DNA of 32,331 nt from a virus (lineage: Duplodnaviria > Caudoviricetes), in the IMG/VR virus record IMGVR_UViG_3300030330_002767, positions 1 through 32,331 of that record. The stretch is one strand, 5' to 3'. The first letter of the stretch is position 1. Each line of letters begins with the position of its first letter. Below are positions 1 to 7,745 of the stretch, in pieces. The notes beneath the pieces are model-generated. The model saw only the letters and a program-made list of their open reading frames with translations, did not search any database and was not told the DNA's origin. The translations under genes and the position numbers were made by a program.

Positions 1-403
1 CGCCTCTAGGCACAGGATTAGATGTTCTAGTTTGTACTGTGCCAGTCTGTGCTATAACTGTGCCGTATGTTAGTGTCTCACAAAAATAATCATCTTGACC
101 AAATCTATCTTCTTCACTAAACAATATAGGCATAACAATAATACCTGTTTCTACTTGTCGTAAGTTTACAATTAAATCTGCTATCTTATCTCTAGACCAA
201 GGCCATTGACCATACTTCTCTATCGCTTCTTCGTCTATTGTTATGATTGTTATATCTTGTGAGGGTGATTTATCTTCGTTTGCTAAAAGAATGTCAAACG
301 ATTTTAGTCTTAAAACTTCTTTGACCCAAGGATCTTGTAGACCAATGTAAGTCATAATAAACAGCGTGATGAACGCTGTCATCCAATGTGTAAAATATTT
401 CAT
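1..403 (-). CDS. CHASE2-domain sensor protein, N-terminal part (probably a CHASE2 adenylate/guanylate cyclase); runs off the window edge
   Basis: Not in the ORF track. Manual translation from ATG 403: MKYFTHWMTAFITLFIMTYIGLQDPWVKEVLRLKSFD...ITIITIDEEAIEKYGQWPWSRDKIADLI. N-terminal TM segment plus the CHASE2 signature IDE...GxWPWxR. The catalytic domain is not visible. Confidence 0.8.
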   Translation of the reverse strand, partial: MKYFTHWMTAFITLFIMTYIGLQDPWVKEVLRLKSFDILLANEDKSPSQDITIITIDEEAIEKYGQWPWSRDKIADLIVNLRQVETGIIVMPILFSEEDRFGQDDYFCETLTYGTVIAQTGTVQTRTSNPVPRG

Positions 404-404
404 A

Positions 405-788
405 TTAAGGTTGTGTAACAGTCATTGTACAGAAAGAATGAGCACAATATAAATTACCACTATAACTTCTATTATTTCCTGTTTGTGTAATATAAATTGA
501 AGAACCATCGCTTGTTCTACCATCAACATCTATATCAATACTATGATCGTTACCAGTTTGAGAAAATGATATAATAAAATTATCCATACTAGTGATATCT
601 AAATCAATATTATTATCTTCGCCGTCTTGTATTATATCAAGATCACCGCCATCTGTGCCACCACCTATTGTTAAATCAAAATCATTACCTTCGGCATATG
701 CACTTACAAATAATACAACTGCTAATACAAATATTAGTAATACATTGTCTTTGATTATTCTAATTAAATTGTTGAATAGTAATTTCAT
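405..788 (-). CDS. Small secreted curlin-repeat-like protein (CsgB/CsgA-like)
   Basis: Signal peptide ending AYA. Repeats DIIQDGEDNNID, SFSQTGNDHSID and YITQTGNNRSY match the curlin Q-x-G-x-x-N pattern. Confidence 0.65.
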   Translation of the reverse strand: MKLLFNNLIRIIKDNVLLIFVLAVVLFVSAYAEGNDFDLTIGGGTDGGDLDIIQDGEDNNIDLDITSMDNFIISFSQTGNDHSIDIDVDGRTSDGSSIYITQTGNNRSYSGNLYCAHSFCTMTVTQP

Positions 789-1896
789 TGTCCTGCCCTA
801 ATAGTTCGAAATCGTACATTTCAAACTCATTCTGTATAATATTTAGTATATATCCATACTCTTGATCTAATCTTAATTCAATATATGCCCCACCTGCGTC
901 CTCTCTTATAAAAACCCATTGTGGTTCTTCATCTAATATTATGACACCAGTTATAGGATCTTTACCTAATGTAATACCCTCTATTGATCTTTTTTCTTCT
1001 TGTTTATCAAACTCGTTTCTCATTTGTAAAGCAAGTTCTTCATTGATTTGTTTAAGTATATCTGCTAGAAAGTTTTGTTGCAAAAAGTCTATATCTAAAC
1101 CTGTTATATATAAGTTTTCTTCTTCTTCAAGATAGTCTCTATCTAAATCATCAATCTGCAAAAAATCTATGTCTAATGCGTCTGCAACTGCTTTAATTTT
1201 TTTAACATAATTTTCATCTTCTATTTCTTTTGGTTTAGATATAATAAGCATATTGTTTATCATGTCTATTTCTAAATCTAATGTTACAGGTGGTGTAGGT
1301 GGTTTTTCTGGCACTACAACTTGTGTTGCTTGAAATGCTTGATTTAGTATTACTTGACCAGCTGCACTTTCTACTGATATTTCGCCTACAAGACAATTGC
1401 CATTTACATCACAACTTGGTAGTAGTATAATTGTAGAACCACCTAGTTCATCTATTGTCATAGAAAAATCTGTACCACGAACACCTATCGTTGCTGTAGG
1501 TGTTGTAATCTTTATATCTTGTCTTGAATTTTTTGCAATCTGTCCTGACGCATATCTGATAGTGCCTAGTTTTGCTGATAAATTTAGTTTACCTTTACCA
1601 CTATTAGGATCAAATACAAATTCATCTATGATAAGTTTACTGTGCTGTGTAACATCAACTCTGGTATCGTCAACGAATAAAATACCAACTTTACCGTTGC
1701 CTGTTTTTACTGTGTCGTATTGAAGAATGTCTAAAGATTGTTCGATAGTGATATTTTTATCACCATCTTTTCGATCAACTACGCCTTTGCCTTCTAGTTG
1801 ATCTACATTACCTATGCTACCCCATGAAGAGGTAGCACAGAATAATATTAATATTATTATTATCCACTTAGTCAGTTTGTGATATATCGATATCAT
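760..1896 (-). CDS. Secreted FecR-domain protein with acidic C-terminal extension
   Basis: Signal peptide; FecR motifs DTVKTGNG, F-x-DDT, and ITTPTATIGVRGTDF. The exact start is uncertain. Confidence 0.8.
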   Translation of the reverse strand: MISIYHKLTKWIIIILILFCATSSWGSIGNVDQLEGKGVVDRKDGDKNITIEQSLDILQYDTVKTGNGKVGILFVDDTRVDVTQHSKLIIDEFVFDPNSGKGKLNLSAKLGTIRYASGQIAKNSRQDIKITTPTATIGVRGTDFSMTIDELGGSTIILLPSCDVNGNCLVGEISVESAAGQVILNQAFQATQVVVPEKPPTPPVTLDLEIDMINNMLIISKPKEIEDENYVKKIKAVADALDIDFLQIDDLDRDYLEEEENLYITGLDIDFLQQNFLADILKQINEELALQMRNEFDKQEEKRSIEGITLGKDPITGVIILDEEPQWVFIREDAGGAYIELRLDQEYGYILNIIQNEFEMYDFELLGQDNEITIQQFN

Positions 1897-2548
1897 GGTT
1901 ATCGCCAGATGTTGTCAAGGTTATCATATTATCATAAACACCAGATTGTGTAATATCTACATCAGCTATAGATCCTGTATGACTGTGAATTAAGGTGTGT
2001 CCGTTAACATCACCATCACCATTTATGTCAATTAAGTAATTATTTGTGTCACCATTTACGGTTAGTGTTAGTATAGCAGAAGTGCCATCTATTGTAGCAG
2101 CGACTACATTTGAATCACTTCCAGATGAACCTGTTATACTTACTGTTGCGTTACTAGCGTCTGCTGTCTCACCAATATCAATATCTAAATCGTTGCTATT
2201 ACCTGCCCATATAATTGAAGCAGTAGCAGTAGCACAAGATGAATTACCACCTGTACTATCACAATTAAAATCAATATCGTTTGAGTTACCAGTTGTGCTA
2301 AATGTACCTGTGAAGGTCGCACCGTTTACATCAAACTTTAAAACATTCGAGTTACCAACTTGATCTATGTCTATTGTGGTCGTTGCGCCTGTGACCGTAG
2401 AAGCAGTAGTCGAGTTACCAACTGTGTTGTTTTGTCCGTCTTGGGTAATGTCGAGGTCAAGCGTAGCACCTGATTGTGTAACATAGATATCATTTGCAAA
2501 TACCGGCATGGCAAAAAATATCAACAATGTTATTAGTTTAGCGTACAT
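1868..2548 (-). CDS. Curlin-repeat (CsgA-like) secreted beta-solenoid protein
   Basis: Signal peptide ending VFA. Repeats DITQDGQNN, DIDQVGNSN, TTGNSNDID, AGNSNDLD, NGDTNNY, DITQSG and SGDNHDIDISQ; T/S/G/D/N-rich; directly downstream of csgG. Confidence 0.75.
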   Translation of the reverse strand: MYAKLITLLIFFAMPVFANDIYVTQSGATLDLDITQDGQNNTVGNSTTASTVTGATTTIDIDQVGNSNVLKFDVNGATFTGTFSTTGNSNDIDFNCDSTGGNSSCATATASIIWAGNSNDLDIDIGETADASNATVSITGSSGSDSNVVAATIDGTSAILTLTVNGDTNNYLIDINGDGDVNGHTLIHSHTGSIADVDITQSGVYDNMITLTTSGDNHDIDISQTD

Positions 2549-2552
2549 ACTT

Positions 2553-3374
2553 TTACTCCTCTATTTTAAATGACCATAGTCCCTTATCAATACCTTCATA
2601 AATTAAATTATGAATGGCATGTTCGATTGTAGTTCTTATGGCGTAGTTGACTGGCTCGTTTGTTGCGACACCAGTTTCTATTTCAAGCGCTTTTGTACTC
2701 ATATCTAAAAATCTGAATACATCACCGCCACTTGAAAAACTTGCGATAGTCTTTGTTGCTGACACAGTAAGAACAATCTCACCTGTCTGTACTGCAACAA
2801 GTCTTATCGAAACTGTTACTTGGTCTGTACGATATTGTTCACTCATACCTATACCAAAATATCTTGCACCTGCACCACCAGATGTTATATTTGTATCATA
2901 TCCTACAATACCACCCTCTATTATAAGTCCTGCAAACTTTAGAGGTTTTAGTTGATTCTTTACATCACTTTCACCATCATATAATTCTCTTGTTGATCTT
3001 ATAAGTTGTCTTTCTTTTACTAATGAATCTAAACCTTGTCTTTCTAAAACTATAAACCATGGATCATTACCACCTACTGATTTTAGAGCATTGATGACCC
3101 ATGCTTCAGGTCCTTGTGTCACAGCTGTAGATAATTGACTAAATTTTGTATTAGGTTTTCTTTGTCCTGTTCTATCAGGAAAATTATAAACTGCAATTGT
3201 AATCTGTGGTTGACCTAATTCAGGTATTAGTTTTAATCTTTTCATAGTATCAGTTTCCATAGTATAAGGTGTTTCACCTTGATAGAAACCCTCAGGTGGT
3301 GTGGTTGTAGCACAACCTGATAAAAAACAAAACAAGAATATTGCTGCTGCTATTTGTGGGAATGTAAAATCCAT
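2553..3374 (-). CDS. csgG: Curli production assembly/transport lipoprotein CsgG
   Basis: Lipobox LSGC; motifs AVYNFPDRTGQRKP, STAVTQG, WFIVLERQGLDSLVKERQLIR, IEGGIVGYDTN, GGAGARYFGIG, NEPV. Confidence 0.93.
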   Translation of the reverse strand: MDFTFPQIAAAIFLFCFLSGCATTTPPEGFYQGETPYTMETDTMKRLKLIPELGQPQITIAVYNFPDRTGQRKPNTKFSQLSTAVTQGPEAWVINALKSVGGNDPWFIVLERQGLDSLVKERQLIRSTRELYDGESDVKNQLKPLKFAGLIIEGGIVGYDTNITSGGAGARYFGIGMSEQYRTDQVTVSIRLVAVQTGEIVLTVSATKTIASFSSGGDVFRFLDMSTKALEIETGVATNEPVNYAIRTTIEHAIHNLIYEGIDKGLWSFKIEE

Positions 3375-3379
3375 ATTTT

Positions 3380-3850
3380 TTAAAATTTAAAGTCGCCTAC
3401 AGGCACAGACATGACCGTTGTTGAGCCATCTGGTGATGTAATTGTTAGTGTTATTATTTCTGTGGTCGTATCTTTGACCCAAGCAATTTGTGAACCTTCT
3501 ACTTCAGCAGTGCCAGATGTAGGACAAGTGCCTTCACATTCCTCGCCAAACATATTATCAACTAACTGTTTTGATAAATTAGCATAAATTCTACTCTCAA
3601 CATTTTTGATAAATTTATTGATTGTAGTATTATTTTCATCACGCTTAGCAGCTGCGTCAGCAGACTTTTGATCGTCTTTGATTTTGTTTTCTCTACTATA
3701 TCTGAGTTGCTCAAGTGATAGAACATGAGTAGAATAACCATTACCTGAAAATGATGGATTGCTGAACTCTTGTACTAATTCACTTGCGATACCAGGTGTC
3801 GAAAGCACATAACAAAATAGACCTAGCACCATAACTTTTAGTGCTTTCAT
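3380..3850 (-). CDS. csgF: Curli assembly protein CsgF-like
   Basis: Signal peptide, then SELVQEFSNPSFSGNG (CsgF N-terminal F-x-NPSF-x-G motif); immediately upstream of csgG. ATG start at 3850 chosen over the track's 3856. Confidence 0.8.
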   Translation of the reverse strand: MKALKVMVLGLFCYVLSTPGIASELVQEFSNPSFSGNGYSTHVLSLEQLRYSRENKIKDDQKSADAAAKRDENNTTINKFIKNVESRIYANLSKQLVDNMFGEECEGTCPTSGTAEVEGSQIAWVKDTTTEIITLTITSPDGSTTVMSVPVGDFKF

Positions 3851-3856
3851 GCTCAA

Positions 3857-3864
3857 TATTTATA
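3857..3864 (-). promoter_or_regulatory. T4-type late promoter TATAAATA upstream of csgF
   Basis: Exact TATAAATA on the minus strand, 6 nt before ATG 3850. Confidence 0.7.
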
Positions 3865-3985
3865 ATAAGATATAATCGAATATTACGGCTATGGTGAATA
3901 TTATAGTGAATGTCGCACCTATAATTATACCGCTAGTTGAGAGACTTTTTAGATACTCTTTTTGAACTTTTTGATTTATTTTCAT
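3860..3985 (-). CDS. 41-aa single-TM protein
   Basis: Manual: MKINQKVQKEYLKSLSTSGIIIGATFTIIFTIAVIFDYILL*; fills the gap between 3933..4211 and csgF. Confidence 0.45.
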   Translation of the reverse strand: MKINQKVQKEYLKSLSTSGIIIGATFTIIFTIAVIFDYILL

Positions 3986-4211
3986 TCTCTTTCATTTCTA
4001 AAACTGTGTTTAATTTAGACCTTAACCTGATAAGATCATTGTCAAGCATTCGTATTCTATCTAGTAAACCTATCAAAGCAGTATTTGCTTGACCTAATTT
4101 TGCCTTAATATTTTCTGTGGTAAACTTATATATGAAATATATAAAATATCCCATAGCGATAGCTGCCAATGTGGCGAACCCATACTGGTTCAGTATTTCT
4201 ATTATTGTCAT
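3933..4211 (-). CDS. Small TM + coiled-coil protein (paralog of 4215..4496)
   Basis: YGFATLAAIAMGYFIYFIY TM segment, then LDRIRMLDNDLIRL. Confidence 0.75.
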   Translation of the reverse strand: MTIIEILNQYGFATLAAIAMGYFIYFIYKFTTENIKAKLGQANTALIGLLDRIRMLDNDLIRLRSKLNTVLEMKENENKSKSSKRVSKKSLN

Positions 4212-4214
4212 TAT

Positions 4215-4496
4215 TTAATCTTTTCTTGCGTCTGTTTTACCATCTGCTCTAGCAATTCTATCTTCATCTTGTCTTAAATCTAAAGCGTCTGATATTTGAA
4301 CATCTAGTTTTATCATGTCATTGTTCATAGTTTTGATACGATTATCAAGACCCATGATAATACCATGAATACTATTTACTTGACCGATTACTGATTCTAA
4401 GATATATTTGAGAATGATATAAATGAAAAAACCCATAACTGTAGCAGATGCTACAGGTAAACCAAACTCCACTAATATTTCAAAAAACAAATTCAT
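4215..4496 (-). CDS. Small TM + coiled-coil protein (paralog of 3933..4211)
   Basis: FGLPVASATVMGFFIYIIL TM segment, then LDNRIKTMNNDMIKL; TATAAATA at 4505-4512 upstream. Confidence 0.75.
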   Translation of the reverse strand: MNLFFEILVEFGLPVASATVMGFFIYIILKYILESVIGQVNSIHGIIMGLDNRIKTMNNDMIKLDVQISDALDLRQDEDRIARADGKTDARKD

Positions 4497-4504
4497 ATAC
4501 TATC

Positions 4505-4512
4505 TATTTATA
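4505..4512 (-). promoter_or_regulatory. T4-type late promoter
   Basis: TATAAATA 8 nt before ATG 4496. Confidence 0.65.
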
Positions 4513-4516
4513 CGCT

Positions 4517-4545
4517 AAAAAAAAGGGGTGCCGAAACACCCCTCT
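4517..4545 (-). terminator. Rho-independent terminator
   Basis: Minus strand AGGGGTG-TTTCGG-CACCCCT followed by a T-tract. Confidence 0.85.
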
Positions 4546-4564
4546 TATACTATTTTAATATAAT

Positions 4565-4798
4565 CTATTTCTTTGTGTATATTGAATATAAAACCCAAAT
4601 AGCAACTAAACCAACTAGTCCTTGAGCACTAAACCCAGCGATAATTGATTGTACATTACTTATTACACTTATGTCGGGCCAGAAAGGCACATTTTGTCCA
4701 CTAAATAGAACTTCAAGCACGATACCTAAAGCAATAAGTGAAACACCTACATCTGCTAATGCAGCTGCCCAACCCTTTATTTTAGTAATAATTTCCAT
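4565..4798 (-). CDS. 77-aa two-TM membrane protein
   Basis: Strong RBS AAGGAG, two hydrophobic helices; has its own late promoter and terminator. Confidence 0.8.
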   Translation of the reverse strand: MEIITKIKGWAAALADVGVSLIALGIVLEVLFSGQNVPFWPDISVISNVQSIIAGFSAQGLVGLVAIWVLYSIYTKK

Positions 4799-4853
4799 AT
4801 ATAGTCTCCTTTATATGATTTGATATCTCAAACTTTGCATGATGTAATTGTAT

Positions 4854-4861
4854 TATTTATA
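4854..4861 (-). promoter_or_regulatory. T4-type late promoter
   Basis: TATAAATA directly after the gp32 terminator. Confidence 0.7.
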
Positions 4862-4863
4862 TT

Positions 4864-4896
4864 AAAAAGGGGTTAGGACAGAATATCCTAACCCCT
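4864..4896 (-). terminator. Rho-independent terminator after gene 32
   Basis: AGGGGTTAGGA-loop-TCCTAACCCCT followed by a T-tract on the minus strand. Confidence 0.85.
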
Positions 4897-4919
4897 ACAT
4901 AAAGAAACAGGTGGAGAGA

Positions 4920-5825
4920 TTAATCTTCCTCTGCTAATTTTGAGAAGTAATCTAGTGTGTCATCACCATCATCTTCCTCATCAGCAACCGAAGTATCTGC
5001 TGTTTCGTTTACAACTGGTTTACTAACTGTTGGTGATGTAGGTGGGTCCATAACATCTTCAGCTGTACCAGTATTTCTAACACCACTTAAAACTTTATCA
5101 AGTTTCGCTTTTAACTCATCATAAGATTTAAAGTTTTCAGGTGCAAGAAATGGTTTCAATGGATATTGTTTGTTCCATAATTCTTCTATAGCCTCATCAT
5201 TATCTCTGATAGTAGATGGACTATCGAACTCTGATTTATCATAATTCCAGTAACCGTCAACTTTTCTGATCTTTAGTTTAAAGTTTGCACCTTCCCAAAA
5301 ATCAAATGGATTGATAGGTTTTTCATCTTCAAATTCAGGTTTCATCGCCTCAGTAATCTTATCAAATATCTTTTTACCGAACTTGAATAATTTTACTTGA
5401 CCTTCATTCTCAGGATGTTTAGGATCACTAACAATCAAAACATTTGCAATATAAGATAATTTTCTTTTTCTCTTTCTTGCAATCTCTTTGTCAGCGTCAA
5501 CGCCAGAGTTCCAAAGTAAACTATTTGATTCACTAACTGGATCTTTTTTGTTAAGTGTTGTTAAACTATTCTCGATATACCAACCACCAGGACCTTGAAA
5601 GGCATGAGACCATAGTCTTGCCCATGGTAAATCTTCATCTTTTACAGCAGGTAAAAAACGAAATACTGCATAACCATTACCTGATTTATCTAGTTCTGGT
5701 TTCCAGAATCTATCATCTTGATATGAGTTAGTTTGTTTTTGAGGTTCTGCGACTTTGTTTAGTTCGCCTATGAGTGTGTCTAGATTAGACTTCGACCTTT
5801 TTAAGGCCGCAATACTTGTATTCAT
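4920..5825 (-). CDS. 32: T4 gp32-like single-stranded DNA-binding protein
   Basis: DDRFWKPELDKSGNGYAVFRFLP, WSHAFQGPGGWYIENSLTT, FKFGKKIFDKI, GANFKLKIRKVDGYWNYDKSEF; acidic tail. Confidence 0.97.
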   Translation of the reverse strand: MNTSIAALKRSKSNLDTLIGELNKVAEPQKQTNSYQDDRFWKPELDKSGNGYAVFRFLPAVKDEDLPWARLWSHAFQGPGGWYIENSLTTLNKKDPVSESNSLLWNSGVDADKEIARKRKRKLSYIANVLIVSDPKHPENEGQVKLFKFGKKIFDKITEAMKPEFEDEKPINPFDFWEGANFKLKIRKVDGYWNYDKSEFDSPSTIRDNDEAIEELWNKQYPLKPFLAPENFKSYDELKAKLDKVLSGVRNTGTAEDVMDPPTSPTVSKPVVNETADTSVADEEDDGDDTLDYFSKLAEED

Positions 5826-5890
5826 ATTTTTTCTCCGTATATTAATTGTATGTTATTGTATATATTTTTGTCTGTATAAATCGACATAAT

Positions 5891-5898
5891 TATTTATA
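5891..5898 (-). promoter_or_regulatory. T4-type late promoter upstream of gene 32
   Basis: TATAAATA followed by an A/U-rich leader. Confidence 0.6.
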
Positions 5899-6082
5899 AT
5901 GCGAAATAGGTGGGACTAGGATTTACCCACAAGTGAGAGACCGGATACCATTCCTATCACCCCCACAACCTGCCCTACTATGCCTAGTATGTGATTCACA
6001 GTTGGTAAGACTACAAACCTGGGTGCAACCCCTGGACAGTCAAGTTCGACCCTCTGGTGAAAGCCTCTTCCTTGCACTATAA
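5894..6082 (-). ncRNA. Candidate structured non-coding RNA, family unassigned
   Basis: GC-rich island in AT-rich DNA. Ends can pair (TATAGTGC...GCATTATA); internal hairpins such as CCAGGGGTTGCACCCAGG and GTGGG...CCCAC; perfect sigma70 promoter just upstream. Confidence 0.5.
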
Positions 6083-6093
6083 AAAGAAAGTAA

Positions 6094-6267
6094 TTAATTT
6101 TCTTTTGCATTATCTGTATTATAACACATTTGTTGACCCTTGTCAAGCTGTGCTACAAAATTTTTACAAACTTCTATCATAATCGGTAAACCATCACCAT
6201 CGATAAACTCTTTCCAAAGTGGACCGTCATGTGCTTCGTGACCACAGTTTTGGCATACATTGGACAT
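6094..6267 (-). CDS. 57-aa protein with CxxC-x-H motif
   Basis: Manual: MSNVCQNCGHEAHDGPLWKEF...; TAATG coupling to the upstream oxygenase. Confidence 0.55.
   Translation of the reverse strand: MSNVCQNCGHEAHDGPLWKEFIDGDGLPIMIEVCKNFVAQLDKGQQMCYNTDNAKEN
6118..6146 (-). promoter_or_regulatory. Sigma70-type early promoter
   Basis: TTGACA-N17-TATAAT, exact consensus. Confidence 0.85.
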
Positions 6268-6908
6268 TATGCTGGTTTTACTAATACTTTTGGTAATATA
6301 TCACAATTATATGATAATGTTCTTCTCATCTGTTCTGTTTGTCTAAATGGATAAACAGCATGAACCAATGTATATGGGAATATAAAGAAGTCTCCTACTT
6401 TTGGACTTATTCTCATTTGAGACATTGATAACGAATGTTGATTGCCACCGATAAATTCTAAATGACCATTTGCAGGTTCATGATTATTTGTATATTCTTC
6501 GCCATAAGTATCTGGCACTTTTAAAAATAAAACTGATGATAGACCAACTAAACTATTTTTACTAGAATGAAAGTGAGCAGGATTATATTCGCCTGCATAC
6601 ATATCATTTACCCAAACATTATCTAAAGATAATTGATGTGTATTTACTAATACTGAACCTGATCTTTTCATATACTCTTGAAAACACATCATGAAAGTAC
6701 CTTTTATATCATCATTTAAAATAGGATTCAGTAGTTTCTCTTTTTTAATTTTACCTGCAAGTTGAGGATTCCAATCAGGCATACTATCGCCTCTCTCATC
6801 AATCGCTTTGTTTACAGCCTCAATAAAATGCTCAGGCATTTCTAATTTAAGAATTATCTCACCTAATGTAAATACTTGTGTCTTTACTTGTTTACCTTCC
6901 TCACTCAT
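6267..6908 (-). CDS. Putative 2OG-Fe(II) oxygenase
   Basis: WVN...YNPAHFH, LSSVLFLKVP, GDFFIFPYTLVHAVYPF...RRTLSYN. Confidence 0.8.
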   Translation of the reverse strand: MSEEGKQVKTQVFTLGEIILKLEMPEHFIEAVNKAIDERGDSMPDWNPQLAGKIKKEKLLNPILNDDIKGTFMMCFQEYMKRSGSVLVNTHQLSLDNVWVNDMYAGEYNPAHFHSSKNSLVGLSSVLFLKVPDTYGEEYTNNHEPANGHLEFIGGNQHSLSMSQMRISPKVGDFFIFPYTLVHAVYPFRQTEQMRRTLSYNCDILPKVLVKPA

Positions 6909-7522
6909 TATATCTCCTTCATTTTATCTCTCAATGAGATTTTGTACTTTGTAATATTATATGACAAAAACGGTCTGTATCTTTTCATTCTATCAAATAG
7001 TTTAGGCCATAGCACCTTTTCTGTAATATTTTTATTTAATTTTTTTGTAAACCTTAATATGTCATCTAATATTATTAGAGTTTCAAAGTTTATCTTTTTT
7101 GCTAGAAACATTTTGACGATAGGTGGATGTTGACCATCTATTGACAAAAATAAATCATTAAATTTTATATCTTTTGTTGTCATTCTTTCTATAATGTAAT
7201 CAATATCTTGTTCATAATAATAATGTAATGATTCTATTTTTTTAGACCATTGTTTGTAATGTTCATCACCAGTTTTGCCAATGATGTCACCAACCCATAA
7301 ATTAGTATTAGAAACAAAATTGCTAAGGAAGTAATTAACAATAGACTTACTGTCGTAAGATTTACTAAGCCTATGAAAATAATACCTATCCCTTCTTTTA
7401 GTAAATGTTTCCAATCTTGCAGTTGTTCTTCCGTTGTGCTTATGAAAGTCATAAGACTTGTTTTTACTTGTGAAGTGGAGCTTGATTGCCAGATAGATTT
7501 TATATACTTCAAAACCATTCAC
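6908..7522 (-). CDS. 59: gp59-like helicase loader
   Basis: YKIYLAIKLHFT...YDF, KRRDRYYF, ETLIILD; syntenic between gp33 and gp32. Confidence 0.88.
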   Translation of the reverse strand: MNGFEVYKIYLAIKLHFTSKNKSYDFHKHNGRTTARLETFTKRRDRYYFHRLSKSYDSKSIVNYFLSNFVSNTNLWVGDIIGKTGDEHYKQWSKKIESLHYYYEQDIDYIIERMTTKDIKFNDLFLSIDGQHPPIVKMFLAKKINFETLIILDDILRFTKKLNKNITEKVLWPKLFDRMKRYRPFLSYNITKYKISLRDKMKEI

Positions 7523-7523
7523 T

Positions 7524-7742
7524 TTATATTGGTAATTTTGCTGTTTTTTCTTTTAACATATTGAGACCTTGTGCTTCAAATGCTATCTTTTCTTTTAAGT
7601 TTTTATTTATCATAGACTTAGTTGTTGATGGATCTATATTGTTTTTTTCACAATACAAGACCACAGCGTCTATATAACTAATTCTTTTTGTCTTTACTAT
7701 ATCTTCTATTAGTAAAGCAAACTTATTAGGTGTAACTATCAT
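7524..7742 (-). CDS. 33: gp33-like late transcription co-activator
   Basis: IEDIVK...SYIDAVVLYCEKNNID...LKEKIAFEAQGLNML...KLPI; synteny with gp59. Confidence 0.88.
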   Translation of the reverse strand: MIVTPNKFALLIEDIVKTKRISYIDAVVLYCEKNNIDPSTTKSMINKNLKEKIAFEAQGLNMLKEKTAKLPI

Positions 7743-7745
7743 ATG

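Noticed and set aside
592-2955. Plus-strand ORFs antisense to the curli-locus genes (and similar ones throughout the window)
   Set aside because: They are shadow frames of well-supported minus-strand genes, with no RBS or recognisable motifs.
5916-6146. 76-aa ORF as a protein gene
   Set aside because: Its TTG start is the -35 box of a consensus promoter and it overlaps a GC-rich structured region; an ncRNA is more plausible, though a shorter ATG frame is not excluded.
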